Under the pieces are notes generated by a model that saw only the letters and a list, made by a program, of their open reading frames with translations, ran no database searches and had not been told where the DNA came from. 64,000 bases of DNA from Octopus vulgaris. Taxonomy: Eukaryota. Numbering within the stretch: the stretch's first letter is position 1; every line of letters starts with the position of its first letter. The translations under genes were made by a program, and so were the position numbers. The stretch covers positions 147,002,001 through 147,066,000 of the forward strand of contig OX597817.1 of NCBI GenBank assembly GCA_951406725.2. The letters run 5' to 3'. Of the stretch, positions 40,816-55,544 are shown piece by piece.

Positions 40816-41095
40816 GTAAATAATATATTTTTATATATACATATATATATATGCATATATACGTGTGTGTGTGTGTGCTTGTAACTCCGCACCACTTGAC
40901 ATTCAGTCTTAGTTTGTTTACGTCGGTGTAACATTTTTCTCTGCATAAGATAGCGATAGACTAAGTATCGCACTTATAAACAAAAAACAGAAAATGACTA
41001 AGTAGTGGAATTCATTTGTTCAGATAAGCTATTCATGGTGGTGCTCAGCATGGTCGCAGTTCAATAACCGAAACCTAAACAATAAAAGATAAGAT
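40405..41095 (+). mobile_element. SINE family B interrupted within its (TA)n by a hammerhead module
   Basis: Head 40405-40550 and tail about 40870-41095. Confidence 0.7.
40652..40695 (+). ncRNA. Minimal hammerhead core (same family as the 29.6-30.1 kb arms)
   Basis: CTGATGA-AGGGATAT ccata ATATCCCC-GAAACAGCTGTA-AGAC; the 5' strand of stem I is altered. Confidence 0.7.
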
Positions 41096-42241
41096 ATAAA
41101 TGATATCAGAAAGTGTAATACTTGTTGGAAGAAGATTACAATTAAGTAAAATAACTCGTAAAACATTGTAGAAAATATATTCCTGATCTAACATTTTCCA
41201 TGCAAATATATATCTTTTGCTTGTGTTACTACAAAATATATCTTCAGAGTTAGGCTGGAACTGGGTAACAGGTACGTTTTCTTTTTATAAAACCTTTCTG
41301 AGGACAGAAACAAAAGGAGATTAGTTGGACTAGTTCCAGTTTTCCTTAACAATCCCTCTTTAACAGTTGACAGCGATGCTGTATTTGTAGTCGCTCTTTT
41401 TAGGGGCTTTATTTAATCGGATACATCGATTTGCATAAATGACGCATTCTTGGTTCGTTGCTCGAATAATATAATATTGATGCAGTATCAGTGTTCTTTT
41501 TTTAGATGCCAAGGAATAGTGCAGAATAAATTAATAGATTTCGACCAACAGTGTGTGAATAAATTAATTGATCTTAATTAAAAATACTTGTAAGTCGCAA
41601 ACGAAAATAATGAATCAACTGAACTAGTTTCAATCTTCGGAGCTTCCGTCAGCAACCGACTAATCTTCTTTCATTGTCCATAGCAATTTTGTATTTGCGG
41701 TTTCTTGTATAAAAACGTTAGATTTTCATCGACTGAATTTTCAGCCACAAACTTGTCTTTTATGAAAATCTTGACGCTTTTTACGCAAAACTGTAACAAA
41801 AGCATTATTAAAAAATCAGTTTATAAAGTCGTAAAATTCGAAGTATTATTACGAAAAAAGAAAATTCAGATTCATAAAAAGTATACGCGAACTTTATATT
41901 TTATTTAATATCCAGATTAAAATTTAATAACAGTAAAACTTATGCACTTTGTAGAAATTTATATCTATAATGGTGAGAATAAAAAATACAAAACAAAAAC
42001 ATCTATATCTCAGGAGATGATGAAGGAACATATGACTTTACATTTATAGTACGTAAGGTGCACGCGTGGAAAAGTAGTAAGAAGTTTGCTTTCAAATTAC
42101 GTGATCCCGGCGTTTAATCTTACGGCGTGGCACCTCGGGCAAATGTCTTCTACTATAGCCCCGAGCCGACCAAACAACCAAACCTTCTGAGTGGATTTAG
42201 TAGACGGACACGGAAAGAGACTCGTCGTGTATATATATCTA

Positions 42242-42750
<509 letters not shown>

Positions 42751-42751
42751 A

Positions 42752-42789
<38 letters not shown>

Positions 42790-42796
42790 TCATATA

Positions 42797-43180
42797 TCTC
42801 TCTCTATATAAACGGCAGTTTGTCTGTGTGTGTTTCTGTGTGTCTGTTAGGTTGTACCCTCACCCTGACCACTGCTTTCAACCGATTCTGATGAAACTTG
42901 ACACACACATAGCCCAATGTCATAATTCAAAACTAACGCAGCGAAAATTTTGAAAAGTTCCCCCAGTTCTGAAAAAAATCGATAAATTCGACATGGGGTC
43001 GAGAATCAGAAACACAAACCACAGACTGTCTAGGGGACGCAACTCGACCTTTTTTAACTCTCAAAAAAATTTACCATAATTTTTTTTCCCATTTTTTTGC
43101 TATATTTTGGCAATAACTCTCTAAAAATGCTTTATAGTTATTTCCCTTACAAACCTGAGCAACGCCGGGCGATACTGCTA

Positions 43181-43181
<1 letters not shown>
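42797..43181 (+). mobile_element. Non-autonomous Helitron
   Basis: 5' TC...TATATAAA; 3' hairpin CCTGAGCAACGCCGGG shortly before the terminal CTAG, followed by T. Confidence 0.75.
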
Positions 43182-43226
<45 letters not shown>

Positions 43227-43255
43227 TGTATATATATGTATGTGTGTGCGTATGT

Positions 43256-43392
43256 ATAAGGACACAGGAAATGTGTCAAGGCCGACAGGAAGCGTTGATG
43301 CTTCCTAGGGCTAAATAGCGGTGGTGTGATTCCCTTTAAGAGACTGTCACGTCAAGTTGACAGTATACAACTGCTCTATAGTTCCACCACTG
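43256..43392. repeat. Perfect 137-bp inverted copy of 43944-44080
   Basis: Exact reverse complement by eye; TGTGTGTGCGTATGTATA is repeated on both flanks. Confidence 0.92.
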
Positions 43393-43721
43393 TGTGTGCG
43401 TATGTATATATATGTATGTATATATGTATACATATGTATATATATAATAAGAGTAGAAATTGATATTATTAAATCATGTTATAAAATAATATCAATTTCA
43501 ACTAGTGGTCAGCATACTTAAAAACGTTCGAGAATCGCGAATTTTATTTTAGCATAAACAACATGAGAGATCACTATATCGATCCCTTATCAATCACTAT
43601 ATGGACTCTTGTAAGATGTCAAACTGTCTTTCCACTAAATATGTGTTCTCAACTTAGTATATATATGATAGATCGTTAGCCACTACACACATTTTTTTCT
43701 CTCCTTATTTTTTCTGTGTCC

Positions 43722-43757
43722 CTTTCTGTAGAAGAGCGTAGGCTCGAAACGTAAAAG
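43722..43757 (+). ncRNA. Minimal hammerhead-like motif with variant core CUGUAGA
   Basis: CTTT-CTGTAGA-A-GAGC gtag GCTC-GAAACGTA-AAAG. Confidence 0.65.
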
Positions 43758-43843
43758 ACTTTTTCTATTCCTGAGCGTTATACTAATACATCTGTTTGTT
43801 TTGTACACCACCTGTCTTCGTCTTTTGTTTGTTTTATAAACTC

Positions 43844-44439
<596 letters not shown>

Positions 44440-45344
44440 TAAAAATATTAAATTTCTAAATATCTCAGAGAGATATAAGCAGTGGTGGAACGATAGAGTA
44501 GTTGTATCTGTTAAATATACACTCCATGTATGCTTAATATGTATCATAGCCTTTCATTTTCCGAAAAAAAAAATGTCTAGATGGGCTCTTTTCATTCATA
44601 ATCTATTAGCATGGTTCACACCAAAACTGAAGAATCTGAAATAAAAAAAAGTAAGGACATTACACAGAATAATGAAATCATAACTATTGTGTTGCCATAC
44701 TGTGCAAACCAGCTGGAAATAGTTTTATCAAAATCGATTCACAGAAAACCAAGAAATCCTAAATTTCACTCCTAAGTTATTAGCGTGATTCTGGGTGTAT
44801 ATGCACAATTTTATACATATGTATGTTTGTGCATATATATGTATGTATATATTTTTGTAAGTATGTATATATTGAAGTCAACATTTAATAAATATCAATA
44901 TATTTGTCAGAACTATGCCTCTTTACGTGCTTAAAAAACTCAACTAATAACTGCACAGAGGTATATAGAAATGAACATAAAACTGAATATCTTAAATAAA
45001 CATCGTTTTGTAAGATTTATCGAATCAATATACATACGTGTAAACTACAACTTGTTACTGAAAGCAATTTGTTGTATGTTGAAATGTTGAAAACATATAT
45101 TTAATTAAAAACAACATAAAAATAAACATAATTTAAAAGAAATCTTTGTGAAAATGAATACAATGGAATATAAACTATACATATATATATATATATATCA
45201 TTATATTGTTTCATTAACGTGTATGAAAATATAACTCTGTAAAACATTATAAGTTTCGTTTAGAATATGTACCAAATTTTTTATAGTGATAGTTATACAG
45301 TTATATGTTTAAGTAAAATAACCTTCAATAGGGTTGCGTCGTAT

Positions 45345-45622
45345 AATAGTGGTTGCGCACTCCACAGACACGTGTACCCTTAACGTAGTTTCCGGGGAGA
45401 TTCAGCGTCACACAGAGTGTGACAAGGCTGGCCCTTTGAAATACAGGTACGACAGAAAGAGTGAGACACTCGTGGTGAAAGAGTACAGCAGGGTTCACCG
45501 GAGACTCGTGGAGCTTTGGGTGTTTTCGCTCAATAAAAACTCACAACACCCGGCCTGGGAATCGAAACTGCGATTCCACGACCACGAGTCTGCTGCCCTA
45601 ACCACTGCGCCATTTCACCTCC
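45345..45622 (-). mobile_element. SINE family A, diverged
   Basis: Similar to 5375-5757. Confidence 0.75.
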
Positions 45623-46807
45623 GCAGTCTATGTTTATTACTGTATATATATATATATAAGTTATTTTGAACAACTTAATGATAAAACTATAAGTATTAAT
45701 TAATAATTCTTTCTAATATAGGTGCAAGGACTGAAATTTTGGGAGAGGGGTTTAGTAGACATCATCGACCCCAATACTTGATTGATACTTATTTTATCAA
45801 CTCTGGAAAGATGAAGACAAAGTCACCTCAGCGGAATTTGAACTCAAAACGTAAGGACGGATGAAATGCCGCTAAGCATTTTACTCGTTCTTCTAACGAT
45901 TATGTGAGCTCAACACCTTGAATGCTATCGGTGATATACCAGGGTTTTAATTACTTGTTGGACTTGAAATAATTTTGTCTGCATTAAAAGAAAAAAGTGA
46001 TGAAGTGAATAGACGAGGATATAAACTAATAATATAAATGATCATTGAATCAAAATGTAAATTATTATAAACTTAGGGAGAGTAGAAAAATGTGTGAATT
46101 TCAAGCTTGAATAAGATGTAAAGTGATGGGTAATCTGAAGTGACTACGATTATGATTACGACGATTGGGCCTAATAACAAAGAATGGGTTCGATTAGTGG
46201 TAGTTAATAAATAAGTGGTAATAAAGTTGCTAAATTAATTAATTAAATAGTTTATTGATTAATTAATTAATCAAATTAATAGTTTGATGGGAATGTATAG
46301 ACTGCAAATTGAATAAAATATTTCTCTTGATATGGTTTAGAAAACAGAATTTTCAATATAGTGAAAATGAATGTTTACGATTTTATATTTCCAACCTTGT
46401 ACATCTACCCTCGTCTATCACACATGTTTGGTGAAATAAAACAGAACAAACACCGAGTATAAATGAAAAGTCATGAATAAATTAACATATATGAAAAATA
46501 GATTTCGCTCCGAGACACTTAGGTTGTCCTGAGCAGTGGATGGTTGCGGGAGTGCGTCTTTGTGGTCCAAGCAGATCCTTTAGTTGATCTATCATAGATA
46601 AATTCGTGGTAAGCATAACACAGTTCACAATAAGTATACCGTGTTATCCCGATCAGTGATGAATGAATCAGTCATAAAAAGGGAGAGAAATCCCTCTAAG
46701 TTTCACATAAGCATTTTCACGAATGACTTCATCAGACTAAACGTTAACGTTCATACATTTTTTCAAAGGTGCTAGTCAAAGTTACTATTAATATTGTATA
46801 TGTGTGA

Positions 46808-47355
46808 GACGGCGAGCTGGCAGAAACGTTAGCATGTTTGGCGAAATGCGTAACCGTATTTCGTTTGGCATTACGTTCTGAATTCAAATTCTGCCGAGGT
46901 TGACTTTACCTTTCATCCTTTCGGGGTTGATTAAATAAGTACCAGTTTCGCACTGGGGTCGATATAGTCGACTTAATCCGTTTGTCTGTCCTTGTTTGTC
47001 TCCTCTGTGTTTAGCCCCTTGTGGGTAGTAAAGAAATAGGTATTTTGTCTGCCGCTACGTTCTGAGTTCAAATTCTACCGAGGTCGACTTTGCCTTTCAT
47101 CCTTTCGGGGTCGATCAAATAAGTACCAGTTTCGCACTGGGGTCGATATAGTCGACTTAATCCGTTTGTCTGTCCTTGTTTGTCTCCTCTGTGTTTTGCC
47201 CCTTGTGGGTGGTAAAGAAATAGGTATTCCGTCTGTCTTTACATTCTGAGTTCATCCTTTCGGGGTCAATAAATCAAGTACCTGTTGCATACAGGGGTCG
47301 ATCTAATCGACTGCCCACCCTCAGATTTCAGGCCTTGTGCCTAGAGTAGAAAATA
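46808..47355 (+). mobile_element. SINE family C tandem multimer
   Basis: Head plus repeated units. Confidence 0.85.
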
Positions 47356-48129
47356 ATATTATATATGTAGGTAGTATCAGTTATTATTGCTACATGGGAG
47401 TTCGCATGGTTATTTCCCTCAGAAATTGTAATTCTTGTGATGTACATATTACAGCTAAGAGAAAATATGAATTATATCCTACTTAACTTTTGCCTTGTTT
47501 CAAAGCGAAAGAAGACGAAATTAAAAATAAAAAAACGTTCTGAACAAGATTTGTCTTTTTGTCAGCCATATTTCGTATACCATACCATACTTTGCTATAC
47601 GGCCAGGCTGCAAACTGACTAAGAACTGTTCACAGACACTCTCTGTTAACAGGAAATTCAAGGTGTCAGCTATGGCACACTGAATGCAGATTAAATAGAT
47701 AATGATTTCAAATTTTCGCACAGGGCCACTAATTTCAGGTGAAGAAATAAGTCGATTACATCATCCCCAGTGCTCAAGTAGTATTTATTTTATCGACCCT
47801 GGAAAGGCAAGGCCGACCTCGGTGGAATTTGAACTCAGAATGTAAAGAGAGACGAAATGCCGTTAAGTAAACACTTCAACAGGGCTGTCCGTTCGAACGG
47901 ACTCTGCTGCGATTTTTTAACCCCAAGATAACATCTCTAGCTGGTTAACGGTGCATAGCTGCATCCGATAGATTGCGAGCAAGGGAGCGAACCTATACCA
48001 ACTTCTGGCGACGTAGCTACTAGACCAGTCCTGGTTTCGGGCTATTTTGGCCACTGCTCAGTACTGGACACCACGTCTGCTAGAAATGGCAGTAGCTCGC
48101 TTCTGTTCACAATATATAGATATATATGT

Positions 48130-48392
48130 TTGTTCCTCCTCGAGCGACGCCTGGCTCATAGGCCCTGTTATGTTACCCAGTTTCCTTGGCGTATAGGTTC
48201 CCCACCTCGACGGGATGCCGGTCCGTCGCAGGTGAGCTGCAAGATGCAGGAGGAAAGAGTGAGAGAAAGTTGTGGCGAAAGAATCAGAAGTTCGCTATTA
48301 CCTTCTGCCGGAGCCGCGTGAAGCTTAGGCGTTTCGCTTATAAATACACACATCGCCCGGTCTGCGATTCGAACCCTAGGCCATGTGCTTCC
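48130..48392 (-). mobile_element. SINE family A
   Basis: Near-identical body to 405-633, with a deletion in the head. Confidence 0.85.
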
Positions 48393-49154
48393 AAACACTC
48401 ACACACATATTGTTTTCAAGCGAACGCATAGTCGTTGATTCTGCATCAAGCAAAATTGCTAGTTCTAAAATCTAAGAGATCAATGCCGTAGTTGTACTGA
48501 CAAGTAACGTTTGAACGGACTCTTTATTTGTGTGTGTGACATGCGATAGGGAAGTACTGATAATGAATTTGAAGAATAAATGTGATTTGTTTATTGAATT
48601 ATCGCATATATCATAGAAGTCTAGGCAAATAACAGACTAGTATTACTAAACGTATTACTATTCCAAAGCTCGTGATAATATTTCAAGTCAACTGTAAGAC
48701 GTTATACTATTGTTTCTATGGAGAAACTCTTATATAGAAACCCGATGTGTGAGACTCATTACAAGAGTTTAACAGTTTATCGGTTACACTTCATAAATTA
48801 ACACTGAATACAAATAATGGAAACCTCAGCGGAATGTACAGCATAAAGTGGCTTTTCAGTGTAAACTTATCAATATACATCTATGTATTGAATATTTGGG
48901 GTGGATGATGCGGTGAAAAGAGATTTGTATTTATTGCCACAAATGATGTGTTATAAAATGTTGCCTTCGCAGCAATAAATAACGAGTGAATTAGAAATTT
49001 AAATAAAATTTCTTGTTAGAAATTGATCGAATGAAATGTGTTGTTTATTCAACTAGTGACACGAACAACTATTTGTCACTTGTACTGACTTCTTGACTTA
49101 TAGTCTATCAGTTAATTTCCTTTAAATTATACTTTCGAACACCCCGTATACTCT

Positions 49155-49800
49155 ATTCTACTTTAGGTACAAGATCCGAAATTTTTGAGGAGGGGCCAGT
49201 CGATTAGATCGACCCCAGTACGCAACTGGTACTTAATTTATCGACCCTGAGAGGATGAAAGGCAAAGTCGACCGCGGCGGAATTTGAACTCAGAACGTAA
49301 CAGCAGACGAAATACCTATTTCTTTACTGCCCACAAGGGGCTACATACAGAGGGGACAAACAAGGATAGACAAACGGATCAAGTCGATTACATCGACACC
49401 AGTGCATAACTGGTATTTAATTTATCGACCCCGAAAGGAGGAAAGGCAAAGTCGACCTCGGCGGAATTTGAACTCAGACGAAATACGCAGACGAAATACC
49501 TATTTCTTTACTACCCACAATGGACACAGAAAGGACAAACAGATTAAGTCGATTATATCGACCCCAGTGCGTAACTGGTACTTATTTAACTGACCCCGAA
49601 AAGATGAAAGGCAAAGTCGACCCCGGCGGAATTTGAACTCAGAACGTAGCGGCAGGCGGAATACTGCTAAGCATTTCGCCCGGCGTGCTAACGTTTCTGC
49701 CAGCTCGTCACCCAGAAATGGTGATATATCCTGGTCTACTCTAGGCACAAGGCCCGAAATTTTGGGGAGGGGGCCAGTCGTTTCTGCCAGCTCGCCACCT
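49155..49800 (-). mobile_element. SINE family C tandem multimer
   Basis: Three reverse-oriented units plus head. Confidence 0.85.
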
Positions 49801-51001
49801 TCGAACATCCGGTATATTGCTGAGCAAGAAATACGGTGCGTGGCCTTGTGGTTAAGGCGTTGCGGTCACCCACTTGCGGTCCTAATTTCGATTCTCGGTT
49901 CAGGTGGTGCGTTGAATTCTTGAAGAAAACGCTTCGTTTCACGTTGTTCCAGTCTCCTCAGAAGCAAATGAGTTTCATTGAAGCGACTGGTATCTCGTTC
50001 AGGAAGAATGTTGTGATCTGAGTCCCACATACGCCATGGAAACCGAGTAACCAGTCATGTGAGTTCTAAGACACGAGACAGTAATGTCCATGGAGTGACT
50101 GATTGATCGACCGATTGATTGACTGATGATGATGATGGTGATGAAAGAATTAACCTCGACGGGATTTGAACTCAGGAAGTAGAGAACCAGATGATGATGA
50201 TGATAGTAAAATATAATGGCTGATTTTATAAAATATTGGATTACCTCCTGCTGGACACTTGATAAAAATGAATCTCGATTTCAAGTCGCGATTAATTTTT
50301 ACGTTAAGTATCAGCATATGATTTGTTACTCTTCTGGTCAACAGACTTGGTCTCTGATTTCCTCTGTTCTTAAACAGCGAGAAGGAAAAGAAAAGATACT
50401 TTGAATTCTGTTTCGTAAATTATCTGAGGCATGTTATTTTTCCCTCCCGCGGTTTGTTTATCTCCATTAAGTTTAATGCATCAAAAGGAAACCGGATATA
50501 AACTCCGGACCCAAGCGATAGTCATTATTTGTAAAAGTCCGTTGTTTATGGAAAATAGTAATTGATATCAGATAAGAGAGAATATCTATTTTGCATAAAC
50601 AATTAACGTTTTTCTCTTATTTTTTTTTTAACTTGCTTCAGTCATTATACTGCGGCCATGCTGGGGTACCGCCTCGAAGAACTTTTAATCGCATAAATCG
50701 ATTGAAGTATTTAGTATTTTTGTAAGCCTAGTACTTATTCTATCTGTCTCTTTTACCGAACCGCCAAGTTACGGGGACGTAAACACACCAACACCTATTG
50801 TCAGGTGGTGGTGGGGAAAAAAAACAAACACGAACACACACACACACACTTACATACACACACATACCTCCTGGGGCTAAATTACAGCAACATTAGTCCT
50901 AATCCAGGACTGCCATGTTATGTTGGCAAACAATCTTTACTACAAAGTACTGTTGCTGAATATTTCACGTTGTGAGATTTAAAAACAGTAATTTTCTGAC
51001 A

Positions 51002-51425
51002 AGAGTGGCTGTGTGGTAAGTATCTTGCTTACCAACCATATGGTTCCGGGTTCAGTCCCATTGCGTGGCACCTTGGGCAAGTGTCTTCTACTATAGCCTC
51101 GGGCCCACCAAAGCCTTGTGAGTGGATTTGGTAGACGGAAACTGAAAGAAGCTCGTCGTATATATGTATGTATGTATGTATGTATATATATATATATATA
51201 TATACATATATATGTATGTGTGTATATGTCTGTGTGTCTGTTTGTCACCCCAACATCGCTTGGCAACCGAAGCTGGTGTGTTTACATCCCCGTAACTTAG
51301 CGCTTCGGCAAAAGAATAAGTACTAGGCTTACAAAGATTAAGTTCTGGGGTCAATTTTCTCGACTAAAGGCGGTGCTCCAGCATGGCCGCTGTCAAATGT
51401 CTGAAACAAGTAAAGAGTAAAGAGA
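51002..51425 (+). mobile_element. SINE family B, flanked by opposite-strand family B fragments
   Basis: Full copy; minus-strand fragments near 50630-50860 and 51430-51545. Confidence 0.85.
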
Positions 51426-52119
51426 TACATATATAACGAGCTTCTTTCAGTTTCCGTCTACTTAATCCACTCTCAAGGTAACACGCAGTGGGATTGAACC
51501 CGGAAACATGTGGTTGGATAGGAAGCTTCACTCCTCACAGCCATGCTGTTTATAAAGGCTTAGGCTTTTGTTTGTTATTTTTGCAAGGTTTGAGTCTGAT
51601 TTGGTTAGGTTAGCAACTATCGAACCGAGCGACGTTTAATAGAGACGAGAATCACTCTTTAGCGAAGGAGTCAAGGAACATATTGCGACATAAAAAAAAA
51701 GACGAGGTTTGACAAAATCAAAGATCGCCATTAAGAAAAGACATAAAATATTCTAAATTATTTTAAAAACGAGAAAACTTTATTAATCGATATAATTTTA
51801 ATCGAAGCGAGACGACAGAGAATCAGAAAGGATTGTTAGCGCTAATATTATAAAAAATGACGACATCAGGGATAGGTTAACATTGGTGAATATCCACATT
51901 TTTTTTATAGAATACAATCATATAACTACCAGAAATTATAGGATTCAGCGCAGCGTTGCAATTTAAGAGATTTTGAAGGAAAAAGGTAGAAAACTGCGAC
52001 TTAATTTCCATGGACAACTCTCGCCACTTTCTTCGTTTAACGAATACTTTACTCCATATATAATGTGATATTATTTATAGCCATCTTTAATTTTGAATAG
52101 CTACGCAAAACAAAGGCAC

Positions 52120-52515
52120 ATCTTTTATTCTTTTATTTGTTTCAGTTATTTGACTACTGCAGTCATGCTGGAGCACCACCTTAAAGGGTTTTTAGTCGAA
52201 GAAAATCGACCCCAGGACTTGATTTTTTAAAGCCTAATATTTATTCTAGCGATCTCTTGTGCCAAACTAGCATCGGTTGTCAAGTGATGGCTGTGGGGGG
52301 GGGACAAATACAGACAAACATACATACACACACACACAAACACACACACACATATATATATATACGACGAGCTTCTTTCAGTTTCCATCTAGCAAATCAA
52401 CTCACAGAGCTTTGGTCAGCCCGAGACTATAGTAGAAGAAATTTGCTCATGGTACCCAGCAGTGGGACTGAACCCAGAGCCATATGTTTGGAAAGTAGGC
52501 TTCTTGCCACACATC
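52120..52515 (-). mobile_element. SINE family B, diverged
   Basis: Reverse-oriented tail, body and head. Confidence 0.75.
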
Positions 52516-52925
52516 CATAAAAATATGATATAGTATAATATGATATAGTATAATATAATATAATAGGATATAATATATATCACGAAATCAGCCTTAATTT
52601 TATATGGCAAACATATATGCTGACGCAGGAATTTAGCTGTTCCATTGGAGCAAGAGAGTTACAATTTGAGAAGTCTCAATTACAGGAGGAAACTACGATC
52701 TAATGTTCTAGCTTTGCCCATGGGGCAGTTATCTACCCTGTCAGTATATATAAACGAGATTTTCACGCAGCTATAAGGGTTTTAACTCTTATTTCTTGCA
52801 ATAACTGTGCTTTTAGCAGCCTACAGTCACAATTAGTGAGTAAACATTTTTCCTATATGACTTTCTATTGCGGCTTAAAACATTAATTTTTATACAAGAT
52901 TTACACACACACACACACAACCCCC

Positions 52926-52960
<35 letters not shown>

Positions 52961-53202
52961 GCACAATATATATATACAATACATATATGTGTATGTATAT
53001 ATATATATATATACACATACATGTATACATATATATATATATATATATATCCATATATACATGTATACATATATATACATACATACATACATTCATACCC
53101 ATCCACACACACACACACACACACTCATATATATATATATATGTATAGAAAGAAAAAGGCTGGAGGAAAATTTCGATTATCCTCGCGTGGTGAGCTGTAA
53201 TG

Positions 53203-53250
<48 letters not shown>

Positions 53251-53252
<2 letters not shown>

Positions 53253-55450
53253 TGATAAAAGAATACTTAAGAAAGCCAACATTGAGGCTATGAAAATTAT
53301 GGAGAAATATAACCTACAAATGAAGACAGAATCACTTGATCCTAAGTTCATTTTGAAGGATCACAAACAAAAATTTTTTACTAACCCATCATTAAGGCTT
53401 ATCTGCCCTTCTAGCTCTGACATCGGTATCCTTAGTAAAAATATACTAGATAAATATATTCCTAATTTAATTAAAACATTAAAACTTAGTTTATGGACTA
53501 ATTCGTTTGAAGTAGTTGACTGGTTTAGTTCTATTACCAATAAGGTAGTACTAATTTTATCCAGTTTGATATTTCCAATTTTTATTCATCTATCAATCCA
53601 AAAGTACTTAATAAGGCACTTTGGCTTGCTCATAACAAAGCTGGTCTCACCCGAGAAGAAATTAATGTTGTGTTGGCAGCCAGAAGATCTATTATTAAAT
53701 TTGATGATAAGTTGTGGGTCCGTAAATACACACCAGATAGTTTCGATATACCAATGGGAAGTTCTGATTCAGCACAGATTGCTGATTTAGTCTGTATATA
53801 TATTCTTTTTGAAATGGCAGAAGAGTTCCCTAACATTTATGGAGGTCTATATCGTGATTATTGTTTACTTTACCTCCAAAATGTTTCCAACCAAAAGGTA
53901 CAAAAAGGTAAGAATAGTTTAGTTAATTTTTTCAGTAGAATGGGCTTAAAAACCGTTTTTGATGACGATATGACGAAGGCCAACTTTTTAGATATTATGC
54001 TTAATTTACACAGTGACTCTTACTTCCCATATCGTAAACCGTTGACCAATCTTAAGTACATTAGCAAATTTAGTAATCATCCTAGAGCAATTAAGAATAT
54101 TTCATTTAGATTATCTAAATTATCTGCTAATGTTGATATTTTCAATAATAACGCTGAATTCTATAACTCTGCCTTAATTAAAGCAGGTTATACAAAGAAA
54201 ATTTTCTACATTGATTCTGCTCAGTCTAATTGTAAATTCAATAATGTAGATAAGATTTCTAGTTGTAAAAGAATTATTGATAACAAACATATCTTACGTA
54301 CCGATACAAAGCGAATGAAGGCAGATAACCCTTATTTAATCCCCTATTGTCGTTCTAAAAGTAAATATATCACCTTCAAAAATAATTACGCTATGAATAC
54401 TAGTAAAAATATTTGGTTAATAATTCCTTACGGGAGACAAATTAAATCTAATCTCCCACTGCTGTTTCGTCAAGCTATTGCTAGGAATTTTCCAAAAAAT
54501 TCTAGATATTACTCTATTATCAATTCACATACGGTTAGGATCGGTTTTCCAAACACAAATCTCAAATCACAAATCTCTTACAAATTATCTCTTCACATAA
54601 TAATAAACTGTTAAATATTAATACATTTACTAATACTAACATTAATTTAGCTAATACCATCCAACCCTCTAGAGATATTAATAACAAGGTTATTGTATCT
54701 GAAATCAATTCCAATAGAATTAAGTTTATGTCAAGTAACTCTAAGATTAAAAATTCTATATACCAGTGTATAATCAGTACTCGTAATAAAGTACGAATTT
54801 ACATTGGAAACACATCGTTAGAGTTATCTAAAAGAATTTCTATCCATTACTCAACATTTAGGGATAGAAATAAACGTAATAGTACCGGTCTCAGCAAACT
54901 GATTTGGAATTTAAATGACCACAATGAACAATTTCATTTAGAATGGTTGATTCTCTCAATTTCGATACCTTATGACAAAGGCAAGGAATTCTGTCTTCTC
55001 TGCAATTCTGAGCTATTTTTCATTATTTTTTCTAAAAATACTCTAGTAAACACGATTATAGAGCGAGCATACAGATGTAAGCATTGGCAAAAACACACAT
55101 TTAGTGCACGTAAGTAGTCTCTATCATTATATATAATTTAAACTTTAATTTCCTTTATATTTAACATTCACTATTGGTATCCCTACTCTTTCTGTTAGCT
55201 ACTTATGACGTTATATCATATAACGTTTTTTTAAACAATATTAATAGCGTTCTGTCAATCGCTATACAAATCCATCGTTTTTTTGCTAAAATGTCTTATT
55301 GACGAGTTTCGTTTTTTTCACTTTCCTGAAGAGAAGATTGCATTGTTTATACCATTTATTCTTTTGAATAGTATCAGTGGAATTTTCGAAACATGTGTCG
55401 AAAGTAAAAATATTTGATTTACACCTGCGTTAAACTCCATTTATTTATTC
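53251..55450 (+). mobile_element. Penelope-like element (Naiad-type), 5'-truncated and frameshifted
   Basis: QFDISNFYSSI, FDIPMGSSDSAQIADLV, GGLYRDYCL, NFLDIMLNL and SNHPRAI; GIY-YIG SIYQCII...IYIGNT; C-terminal CLLCNSELFFI...CKH. Confidence 0.88.
55320..55405 (+). ncRNA. Canonical type I hammerhead ribozyme in the Naiad-type PLE 3' region
   Basis: ACTTTC-CTGAAGA-GAAGATT...AATTTTC-GAAAC atgt GTC-GAAAGT; 6-bp stem I, 7-bp stem II, GUC cleavage triplet (after 55399). Confidence 0.88.
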
Positions 55451-55544
55451 ATATATATATAAAATAAAAAAGGTAAAACACACACAGTTTACATAGTTTT
55501 AATATATTTTAAAATATATTTTATTAGTGAAAGAGTATTTTGTT

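Noticed and set aside
46690-46740. CTGATGA...GAAAC on the minus strand
   Set aside because: Stems I and III and the UH site do not form; probably chance
55200-55260. Possible SECIS downstream of the Naiad-type ORF (ATGACGTTATATCATATAACG)
   Set aside because: It is a simple hairpin without the 3' GA of the quartet, and no in-frame TGA was seen at the Cys positions
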